From a candidate division WOR-3 bacterium (lineage in GTDB: Bacteria > Hydrothermota > Hydrothermia > UBA1063): DNA of 64,000 bases. The notes below the pieces were generated by a model. That model was not told where the DNA came from. It saw only the letters and a list, made by a program, of their open reading frames with translations, and made no database searches. The DNA is taken from positions 1,866 to 65,865 of the forward strand of contig JBDRYS010000001.1 of assembly GCA_039803545.1 (NCBI GenBank), given 5' to 3'. Below, one piece after another: positions 57,501 through 64,000 of the stretch (the first letter of the stretch is position 1; every line of letters begins with the position of its first letter). A program made the position numbers and the translations under genes.

Positions 57501-59192
57501 AGGGATGTCCATGATTCTTACAATACCGGTCCCGATACCGTGATCTTCGAAGTAGGTGACATCTCACCCTTCTCCGTTAACGCCTTTGTCGTAGTTAATG
57601 ATACGATTATCAAAGACACGACCATTGATTTTGGTCCAGGGATTGATACAGTGGTGGTAGAAATTCCTGGTAGGCCTCAGGGAACCGTTTACGATGGTTA
57701 CATTTATGTTGAAGATGCTAATCAAAACAGCTGGATGACCCAGGGTACATGGTGGAAACTCTATGCCTATACGCCCAGCACCCCTGCCCTTACACCGATT
57801 ACAACGCCGCAGAAGGGAGTGAGACTCTCCTGGTCCAGTCCAAGACAGATCTTGAGATACGATGGCGGTGAGGCCTATTACTTCACAGGCCTTAATCCGG
57901 GCGATATCATTTCAGTGAGATTCACACCTCAATACACACCTGCCAGGATAGATAGTGTAGTTGCCCTCTTCTACGGAACTTCCAATCAGATGCACCTTAA
58001 GATTTACAATGACAACAACGGTGTTCCCGGTAATGTAATATTCGATACCCTTATTACCGTTCCTGTTTATCCTACACTTCTAAGGCTTAATCTTTCCAAT
58101 AAGAACATCGTTGTTAACGGGCAGTACCACATTGGCTTTGAGTGGACCGTTGCTGACCAACCCTATCCGATTAGTGATGCTGGTGCAAATACAAATAGGA
58201 GCCTTTACTATGATGCAAACAGTGCCCAATGGTATGCTGCCGGATACGACTGGTTTATAATAAGTGCGGTTACCTACCTGCCTCAGAGCAAGGCCTATGC
58301 AGGAAGTTACAGCACAGCAAAACTCCTTAAAGAACATAATCTGAAGAGAGTTGAACTGCCGCAAGTTGCGGTCAAAGAAGAGAGAGACGAGGGCTCAAAG
58401 TACATCCAGAAGTACACGATCTTAAGGTCAACCACCTCTGGTGGACCTTATGACTCCATTGGAGTTTCAACAGTCACAACTTACGAAGATTTCACTCTTG
58501 CTACAGGCAATACATATTACTATGTGGTTAGAATGGACTACCTCTCACCCGATACGATGACCTATGGCGATGAGGCGAGCATCACCACCGATTTGGTTGG
58601 ACCTGAATTTTCCTCCTTTGCCTACGACACTGGCGGTGTTAATAATATCTGGGTTAGTGTTGCCATCACCGATCCATCGGGGATTAATGGCGATACTCTC
58701 TACTATTCCATCAATGGCGGTAATTTCGCTTTTGCAATGCATGACAGTGTGGTTGGTTCCACCTATTTCTACACTATACCAGGCCTCAATGTGGGTGACA
58801 ATGTAGACCTCTACTTCGTTGCCCTTGACAACTCTCCATGGCATAACCTGTCAAGGTATCCTGAAACGGGATACATCACCTTCCTTGTTACCTCTGTGAC
58901 CGGCGAGAAGCCCAGTATGTACGCCTTTAATATTAAAGGTTCTAATGTAAGCGGAAAGGCTATGGAGTTTGCCTATGCGCTTCCTGAGAAATCAGATGTG
59001 GAAATTGCCATTTACTCTGTGACGGGTCAGAGGGTTGCTACCCTTGTCAAAGGTGCGAAGGATGCTGGTTACTACACGGTGAGATGGAATGGCACCGATG
59101 ACAGAGGCTCTAAGGTTGGTTCTGGTGTTTACATCGTGAAGATGGTTACACCGAAGAAGAACTTCACAGAAAGGATAATACTCACGAAGTAG
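54534..59192 (+). CDS. Giant secreted FG-GAP/VCBS-repeat adhesin-like protein with T9SS-type C-terminal domain
   Basis: Signal peptide; repeated VGDVDGDGVTDIL / IADADNDGASEVL FG-GAP-like motifs; beta-sandwich-rich middle; C-terminus VEIAIYSVTGQRVATLV...GYYTVRWNGTDDRGSKVGSGVYIVKM (FlgD-Ig / T9SS CTD). Confidence 0.7.
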   Translation: MLKRVLLISALLGMVWAQKAKVEEMPPIPVETPMWIGGESKAPAPVIDTNWIYSGSTANLTRKVAVGKYFKGPSDDTLRVLTVQSGGTRYLVIATDTTTTGFGTRKFRIDTTITFPTGATEASIAVGDVDGDGVTDILTGDNAAVSGKVWLRRFKWDGTNWVRVDSIGVGSSDYINDIVIADADNDGASEVLFNLANNTNSAIMVAKWNPLSSGWDTTRITFGRTQRYRGVAVGDVIPEIPGNEVYICGGTDFAMAYWNGTQWVTQVITTALSSCWDLVIGDIDPTLPGNEIAIVHGSTSYQISVWNYDSNSQTFYGRAWNILGSSWGTSGNNDITIGDFLRETPGNEVVLSNTGTTTTNPSIWFNISPNGRVYAGALRKLGAYADYGVLIADVNRWRTGNELVMSAGGNLVEMEQRILANDVALLSATRTLSLLKAGVYDTLNVEISNPGTTPVSSVNFNISSTNGRVPTQTVNVPVTLNPGDIALVKVPYQIGTSLGIDTLFVSLADADDNTANNGPAKLYVEIWDDSTVAATSFSESPFPLGWNRVILSGSYNWTRVTSGSYPTVSPLDAPAMAMYQSYSATSGSGARLISPKINVGSVARKVKLRFYMVHDNGYSTSYDSLYVEYSLDGVNFYTLAGFQRYDSAATTPTWTPHEVEIGDFSGGTELYVAIRAQSGYGNNMFIDSVRTFTTTPTAPANDAQILSVSVPKPVIQNEGSPVTITFKNSGLDPITSIQLYYTLGGADTTWETWTGNLPGGSSQVYTFATPFTPADTGEFTLYAGVKLTGDANPDNDTISTAIHVWPYMQALPYSENFDENWTNSTNPPYGGWKIIDGGDEAVPAVNTNDWHRYVVTTPARTVARVYYSPIENQDDWLISPRLKIMGYGTYTLNYWHYYRDYSTSSPDSGQVLISFDDGATWIELTRYSNASDSGSRSIDLTPYIAPRVGTVQYFRIAFHYGARDEFYWYVDDFSVTFAPDITPPVVNLIRDVHDSYNTGPDTVIFEVGDISPFSVNAFVVVNDTIIKDTTIDFGPGIDTVVVEIPGRPQGTVYDGYIYVEDANQNSWMTQGTWWKLYAYTPSTPALTPITTPQKGVRLSWSSPRQILRYDGGEAYYFTGLNPGDIISVRFTPQYTPARIDSVVALFYGTSNQMHLKIYNDNNGVPGNVIFDTLITVPVYPTLLRLNLSNKNIVVNGQYHIGFEWTVADQPYPISDAGANTNRSLYYDANSAQWYAAGYDWFIISAVTYLPQSKAYAGSYSTAKLLKEHNLKRVELPQVAVKEERDEGSKYIQKYTILRSTTSGGPYDSIGVSTVTTYEDFTLATGNTYYYVVRMDYLSPDTMTYGDEASITTDLVGPEFSSFAYDTGGVNNIWVSVAITDPSGINGDTLYYSINGGNFAFAMHDSVVGSTYFYTIPGLNVGDNVDLYFVALDNSPWHNLSRYPETGYITFLVTSVTGEKPSMYAFNIKGSNVSGKAMEFAYALPEKSDVEIAIYSVTGQRVATLVKGAKDAGYYTVRWNGTDDRGSKVGSGVYIVKMVTPKKNFTERIILTK

Positions 59193-59216
59193 CAAGTCCG
59201 ACTTCGACCTAAAAAA

Positions 59217-59249
59217 CTGCCCCCTCCCTTTGGGAGGGGGCAGTTTTTT
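59217..59249 (+). terminator. Rho-independent terminator (12-bp stem CTGCCCCCTCCC/GGGAGGGGGCAG, loop TTT, T6 tail; A6 upstream makes it bidirectional)
   Basis: Perfect hairpin read directly, 25 nt after the stop of the 1552-aa gene. Confidence 0.85.
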
Positions 59250-59510
59250 AGGAGAGTTTTTGAGCTTCAATGAACTCTTTTCTCTTGTTTTTTTCTATGT
59301 TTGAGTAAACTACAACCTCAATGTCGGCTATCTATTTACAAAGCATTCACTCATCGATAGTTGTACAGAGTATTATGGAGGAACAATTCCCTGAAAAGTT
59401 GCACCACGCCGATCCAAAAAAAGTACGAAGTCAAGGGTTTTTAATAAGGCCGCCATCTTGCTTCCATTAAAATAAGGTTAGTTCTCGTTCTTGGTATTAT
59501 AATTTTTCTT

Positions 59511-60758
59511 ATGAGAAGCCTTTCCAATTATGCTTACAAAATTTTGAGGAGGATCGCCTTTCCCCGGCTGGCAGGAAGTATCGAAGAAGAAAGGGCCAGG
59601 GAAATCATCGTTGACGAACTCTCAAAACTCGGACTTTCTGTATCACAACAATCTTTTTATCTTTGGACCTTCAAGCCCGGTGATGGTAGAGTAGTTCTCA
59701 AAAATAGGGTGTTCAAGGCTGTTCCCTACGGCAATACAAAGCCCTTTGATGAGGAAGGCGAAGTGATCTATGGGGAGGATGTAGATTACCTCTCTCAGGA
59801 GGTTAAAGGTAAGATTGTTGTAACCTACGGAAGGGTTAGGGGCGAAGGCTACGAAAGACTCATTGAAAAAGGGGTAAAGGGACTTATTTCCATCTCACCT
59901 CCGGAGAGGGGATTTTCCTTCTCTTCCATATCCCAGCGGTTTGTGGAAGAGGGAAAAGTGATTCCTGCCCTTATAGTTGACTATGACACTGGGCTAAAGT
60001 TGAAGGAGTCAGAAGGCAAGAGGGTCAGGATTCAGGGAAATACGGAATATTACAAGGGTACAGCGGTTAACATAATTACGGAAATAAAGGGAACGGAAAA
60101 GCCCGATGAGATTATCCTTCTTTGCGGACACTATGACTCCGTTGCCATTTCACCAGGGGCCACGGATAACGGTGGAGGAAGTGCCATTTTGGTCGCTCTC
60201 GCAAAATATTTTTCCAAAAGAAGACCAAGAAGGACACTCAGATTTGTATGGTTTTCCGGTGAGGAGTTGGGGCTTCTGGGTAGTCAGGCCTATGTGGAGG
60301 AGATAAAGGACGAATTAAAGAAGATCAAGATGGTTATTAACCTTGATGTGGCTGGAGACCCCATCGGTGAAAACGGAGCAATGTGCATTTCCGATAAAGA
60401 CACGGTAAATTTTGTTTCCATCCTCTCAAAGGAAAAGGGTATCCCCTTCAAGGTAAGGCTTGACATCTATTCCAGCGATTCTATGCCCTTTGCCCTCTAT
60501 GGGGTGCCTTCCATTAACCTTGCTCGTTTTGGTGGGAAGGGCAGTTTTTACATCCATTCCCATGATGACAGGGTCAACTATACGGGGGTAAGCGGTCTAA
60601 GCCCCGTTCTGGAAATGGCGGTTAATATTGTTGAAAGACTTGATAATAGTGTAATTTTCCCTTTGGAGAGAAGGATCAGCGGAGAGTTAAGGGAGAAAAT
60701 CGAGGACTACTTCAAGAAAATGCAGGGGAAAAAGGTCGAGGTGAAGTGGGAGAAGTGA
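59511..60758 (+). CDS. M28-family zinc aminopeptidase with PA domain
   Basis: HYDSV, GATDNGGGSAILVAL, SGEELGLLGSQAY, HSHDD metal-binding motifs. Confidence 0.8.
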   Translation: MRSLSNYAYKILRRIAFPRLAGSIEEERAREIIVDELSKLGLSVSQQSFYLWTFKPGDGRVVLKNRVFKAVPYGNTKPFDEEGEVIYGEDVDYLSQEVKGKIVVTYGRVRGEGYERLIEKGVKGLISISPPERGFSFSSISQRFVEEGKVIPALIVDYDTGLKLKESEGKRVRIQGNTEYYKGTAVNIITEIKGTEKPDEIILLCGHYDSVAISPGATDNGGGSAILVALAKYFSKRRPRRTLRFVWFSGEELGLLGSQAYVEEIKDELKKIKMVINLDVAGDPIGENGAMCISDKDTVNFVSILSKEKGIPFKVRLDIYSSDSMPFALYGVPSINLARFGGKGSFYIHSHDDRVNYTGVSGLSPVLEMAVNIVERLDNSVIFPLERRISGELREKIEDYFKKMQGKKVEVKWEK

Positions 60759-60782
60759 ATCGAAGGATTTTTGAGGGAACGC

Positions 60783-61193
60783 TTTGGGTTCAAAGTTTTC
60801 TCTGAACCTCGAGAATAAAGGCTTTTATTTAAACTCTTTGGTTTTTAACGGGTATAGTGGGTATGCTGGTTTTGAAATGGGATTTCGGAGAATTTTTTGC
60901 GTTGCTGTTAAGTTATAGGGTGAAAACGCGTTATTTTTCGTGTTTTGAGCGAAGAAAAACTAATCAACTTTTGGGTTCAAAATTTTAAGAGCCAAAAATT
61001 GCGCTTAAGAGGAGTTCGGGCGGAAACTTCCCAGATAGGTTCAAAATTATAAGAGTTGAAAATTTACTTTTCTGAATGGATTGGTATAGGAGTAAGTGGA
61101 AGTTTGTTAAAATAAAAAAACTTAAGGGGCTCCGCTGTTCCAATTAGTGGATATTCTAAGTAGGTAAGTGGAAGTTTTTTAAAATAAAAAGAA
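60783..61193. repeat. Degenerate direct repeats in a 470-bp region between convergent genes
   Basis: Unit A is approximately TTGGGTTCAAAATTTTAAGAG..AAAATT, at 60783-60799 (partial), 60970-61000 and 61036-61066. Unit B is GTAAGTGGAAGTTT(G/T)TTAAAATAAAAA(A/G)AAC, at 61092-61121 and 61164-61193. All read directly. Confidence 0.6.
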
Positions 61194-61218
61194 CTGGGCG
61201 CCCCTTCGGGGCGCCCAG
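61194..61218 (-). terminator. Rho-independent terminator for hsp20 (stem CTGGGCGCCCC/GGGGCGCCCAG, loop TTC; T-rich on minus strand)
   Basis: Perfect hairpin 10 nt downstream (minus sense) of the hsp20 stop. Confidence 0.75.
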
Positions 61219-61228
61219 GGCTATAAAA

Positions 61229-61684
61229 CTATTCAATTTCTATTTCAATCTCTTTACCCTTAGCCTTCTCACTCTTTGGTACGGTGATAGTCAGGATACC
61301 GTCTTTATAGGAGGCCTTTGCCTTATCAGGAACTACTTCCGTTGGGAACCTTATGGTTCTCTCGAACTTACCGTAGTTCATCTCGACGCGGTGGTAGGTT
61401 TTCCCTTTCTCCTCTTTCTCCATCTTCCTTTCACCGCTGATGGTAAGGGTATCCTCGGAGATGGAGAGTTTTACCTCGTCCTTTTTGAGCCCTGGGAGTT
61501 CAGCCTTCACGATGAATTCATTCTCGGTCTCTTCGATGTCGACGGCAGGAACCCAGAAGGCCTCCCTTTCCCTTAACATCTTCTCAGCCTGTCTGCCGAA
61601 GAAGGCATCAAAGAGTCTATCAACCTCTTCCCTTAGGGAAGAGACTTCTCTGAAAGGATCCCATCTCATTAAATCCCTTACCAT
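61229..61684 (-). CDS. Small heat-shock protein (Hsp20/alpha-crystallin family)
   Basis: Alpha-crystallin domain (FIVKAELPGLKKDEVKLSI...LTISGER...GKFERTIRFP) and C-terminal IEI motif. Confidence 0.85.
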   Translation of the reverse strand: MVRDLMRWDPFREVSSLREEVDRLFDAFFGRQAEKMLREREAFWVPAVDIEETENEFIVKAELPGLKKDEVKLSISEDTLTISGERKMEKEEKGKTYHRVEMNYGKFERTIRFPTEVVPDKAKASYKDGILTITVPKSEKAKGKEIEIEIE

Positions 61685-61726
61685 ACTCTCACCTCCTTTT
61701 TAAGTTTTTGATTTGTCTTCATTTAT

Positions 61727-61754
61727 ATAATAGTAAGTCTCTTTGAACGGTCAA
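61727..61754 (-). promoter_or_regulatory. Sigma-70-type promoter for hsp20 (minus sense TTGACC - 16 nt - TATTAT)
   Basis: Read on the reverse complement about 40 nt upstream of the hsp20 RBS; no CIRCE/HAIR element recognised. Confidence 0.4.
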
Positions 61755-61891
61755 GAGTGCGGAAATCTTTGATGTGCAATGACTTATGTAGCTTGATATT
61801 GACAATTTCCCCTTGCTTTAATGCAATACGCTCAAGGAAAATTAACAAATATACCTTTTAGGTGAAAAAACTGTTTAGCCTTTTGCTTAAC

Positions 61892-63490
61892 TCATTTTTC
61901 TGAAGTTGCCTTAGGCAATTTTCCTTCTAAATAGAGTTTTTCCATTATTCTTACGACTTCCGGGTCATAAAGGATTCCTGCCTTTTCTTTGAGTTCCCGC
62001 AGTGCCTCTTCCGGTGATAAGGCGGGTCTATAGGGCCTGTGGGGGGTCATTGCTTCGTAAACATCAGCACAGGCTATGACCCTTGCCTCTAAGAGTATTT
62101 CGCCATTTTTTAGCCCTTTTGGATATCCGCTGCCGTCGAGTCTTTCGTGGTGCTGAAGAACGATTTCGGCAACCGGCCCTTCAAATTCAATATCTTTGAG
62201 GATTTCGTAGCTGAAAGATGGGTGTTGCTTTATTAAATTAAATTCCGATTCTGTTAATTTAGATGGTTTATTGAGTATCTCAATGGGTATGATTAGCTTT
62301 CCGATGTCGTGGAGAAGCCCTGCGTATCTTAGGGTTGTTAATCTATCCTCATCAAGCCCCATTTCTTTTCCTACTAAGTAAGCAATTTCCGCAACCCTTG
62401 ACTGGTGGCCTGCGGTATAGGGTTCTTTAAGTTCAATGATATGGGAGAGGGTTTTTATAATGCCCTCTGTGAGTATTCTAAAACGGTTCCTCTGCTTTAA
62501 CGCTTCGATTTCCTGTCTTTTTATCTCGGTAATGTCGTTTTCCACGAGGATAGTGGTTTCTTCGTCCAGTTTAGTGAGGGTAGAGGAAAGGTACCTGTCT
62601 TCCCTTTCGGTCTTCCTGTTGTAGAAAATTTTATGAGGTTCTCCACTTTCAAGTACAGTTTTTATCAACTCTTTTGCGTCTTTATCTGTTCTACGGATTA
62701 TATCGGAGAGTTTTTCAGCCTCTTCCGATTTCTTAATTACCTGAAAAACATTACCATTCTTTGTTACTTTATAAATCCTTTGCGGTATTGCTTCTAAGAT
62801 GGCGGTTCTCTCTTTAAGAAGTTTTTGCAGCTCCTCTTTAAGGGCGACATCCTCGGAAATATCCATAATCATAGCAATTAATAGATTTTCCTTTTCGAAC
62901 TCGAGGGGCATTACGAAAAGCCTTTGCCAGACAATCTTTCCATCTTTACTTATGCACCTTACGTCCATTATAAAGTTTTCTGTCTTTTTGTCCTTCAGTT
63001 CTTTCACCTTTTCGAGAATCGCGGGGACATCATCGGGGTGGGTATAATCCTTCCAGTTCATTTTCAATAGTTCTTCTCTTGTGTAACCGAGCATCTTTGC
63101 CCTTGTTTCATTGACCTCTAATGTGTTTCCATCGTAATCTGAAAGGGTGACACCCACGAGGGGTTGTTCAAAGAGATGCTTCACTATTTCTTGAAAGCGC
63201 CTTGCCTCTTGTTCTGCTTTTTTCCTTTCCGTTGTTTCCAGAGTTAGTTCGACAAATCCTACGAGTTCCCCTGCCTCGTTTAAAATAGGGTTGGATCTAA
63301 TTAAAAACCATCGACCGTCGGGCGTCGTAACCTCCTTTTCTTCAGGTTTTAATGTCTTTCTTGTTACCTCGAGGGGGCAGAAAGGACAAGGGGTATTACG
63401 CTGATGCCACAATTCATAGCAGAATTTTCCTTTTAGTTCATCTGGATTTTCAATTCCAATGGATAAAGCTGCAGCTCTATTTGCTTCCAA
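61892..63490 (-). CDS. PAS/PAC-domain HD-GYP phosphodiesterase (c-di-GMP); apparent TTG start
   Basis: HD-GYP core HQSRVAEIAYLVG...GLLHDIGKLIIP...HHERLDGSGYPKGL, preceded by two PAS-like regions; first in-frame ATG only at about aa 133. Confidence 0.75.
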   Translation of the reverse strand: MEANRAAALSIGIENPDELKGKFCYELWHQRNTPCPFCPLEVTRKTLKPEEKEVTTPDGRWFLIRSNPILNEAGELVGFVELTLETTERKKAEQEARRFQEIVKHLFEQPLVGVTLSDYDGNTLEVNETRAKMLGYTREELLKMNWKDYTHPDDVPAILEKVKELKDKKTENFIMDVRCISKDGKIVWQRLFVMPLEFEKENLLIAMIMDISEDVALKEELQKLLKERTAILEAIPQRIYKVTKNGNVFQVIKKSEEAEKLSDIIRRTDKDAKELIKTVLESGEPHKIFYNRKTEREDRYLSSTLTKLDEETTILVENDITEIKRQEIEALKQRNRFRILTEGIIKTLSHIIELKEPYTAGHQSRVAEIAYLVGKEMGLDEDRLTTLRYAGLLHDIGKLIIPIEILNKPSKLTESEFNLIKQHPSFSYEILKDIEFEGPVAEIVLQHHERLDGSGYPKGLKNGEILLEARVIACADVYEAMTPHRPYRPALSPEEALRELKEKAGILYDPEVVRIMEKLYLEGKLPKATSEK

Positions 63491-63500
63491 AATTCTGTGG

Positions 63501-63935
63501 TCAAGGTCTTGAAGGATTTACATGTTCTCTGAGGTTATTTCTAACGACATCATAAACCCATTTTGTATGATAGATATCGATGAGGATTGAAAACATAGCA
63601 GTGTGGGCCTTTAAGCTCTCCGTCTCCTCGGGTGTTAGTTGACGTCTCGATTCGGTGCCGGCCACTAAAATACCATAATTTTGGGTGGAAGTGAGGATGG
63701 GCATTAAGAATACCTTGTTTATATTGAATTTTGCAAGGAATTGGTTTACTTCTTCCGGAAGGTTTTCCCTTTGACATTCAAAAAATTTGTTTTGGGCTTC
63801 TTGAAAGATGTTGGAACCGATACATTGTGGAGTCAAATAGGGAAATTTTTGTGGAATCTCTCGGACGGGATTGCCTTTGTAAACTCCTGTAAAAAACATT
63901 AATTTTTCTGGGTTTCCCACATTGAGGTATATCAC
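63501..63935 (-). CDS. GAF-domain protein (possibly the N-terminal part of the HD-GYP gene separated by a frameshift)
   Basis: 144-aa GAF-like fold (NKVFLMPILTSTQNYGILVAGTES). Its stop lies 10 nt upstream of the HD-GYP TTG start, in the -1 frame. Confidence 0.55.
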   Translation of the reverse strand: MIYLNVGNPEKLMFFTGVYKGNPVREIPQKFPYLTPQCIGSNIFQEAQNKFFECQRENLPEEVNQFLAKFNINKVFLMPILTSTQNYGILVAGTESRRQLTPEETESLKAHTAMFSILIDIYHTKWVYDVVRNNLREHVNPSRP

Positions 63936-64000
63936 AGCGCCGTCAAAGTGAAGATTCCTACAAAATATGTTTAGAAAACTAATGAAGCTCTTCGGGGTTG

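Noticed and set aside
60783-61193. Possible CRISPR array
   Set aside because: There are only two or three imperfect copies of each unit, with irregular 66-72 bp periods and non-identical repeats. No cas genes are nearby.
61685-61891. CIRCE/HAIR heat-shock operator upstream of hsp20
   Set aside because: No TTAGCACTC-N9-GAGTGCTAA-like inverted repeat is present; only a sigma-70-like -35/-10 was found.
1-64000. Mobile elements, prophage or a defence island
   Set aside because: No integrase, transposase, restriction-modification, toxin-antitoxin or phage structural signatures were recognised. tRNA genes are absent and composition is uniform.

Overview
This reads as a 64 kb stretch of ordinary bacterial chromosome, roughly 43% GC, with dense coding on both strands and K/E/I-rich proteins. 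No integrase, transposase, CRISPR array or tRNA gene is visible. Three secreted proteins end in type-IX-secretion (T9SS)-like C-terminal domains (a C25-type peptidase, a GH18+SH3b hydrolase, and a 1552-aa FG-GAP giant), which suggests an FCB-superphylum-like lineage, possibly a thermophilic candidate phylum (inference).

Housekeeping content that can be recognised:
- hisS, nfi and fabG.
- cdaA-cdaR (c-di-AMP).
- dprA.
- A histidine kinase plus a sigma-54 (NtrC-type) response regulator.
- fabD and the rpsF-ssb-rpsR-rplI operon.
- pyrD, prfB (no frameshift), rsmD-coaD and uppP.
- An RNase P RNA gene on the minus strand (36811-37183) that the ORF track misreads as small ORFs.
- gcvH-gcvPA, gatC, tdh-kbl, panC-panB, an M42 peptidase, htpX and lemA.
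- rlmD, an M28 peptidase, hsp20, and a PAS/HD-GYP phosphodiesterase with a GAF ORF just upstream.

The most interesting structure is a pair of near-perfect sigma-54 promoters (TGGCAC-N5-TTGCA), each preceded by related palindromic ACAA-Tn-TTGT upstream elements. They drive two operons of secreted or lipoprotein genes of unknown function (13.3 kb and 32.5 kb). The only enhancer-binding protein in the window is the HK/NtrC-like pair at 15.4-18.0 kb, so this is a candidate uncharacterised sigma-54 envelope regulon.

Other points of interest:
- A receiver-DUF4388-roadblock-like protein fused into a DUF58 / BatA-like module that lacks its usual MoxR ATPase.
- A 470-bp repeat-laden region between convergent genes (60.76-61.23 kb).
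- A possible frameshift splitting a GAF-PAS-HD-GYP gene.
- A dCMP-deaminase-like protein with a large insertion, adjacent to dprA.
- An orphan KorA-like alpha subunit.
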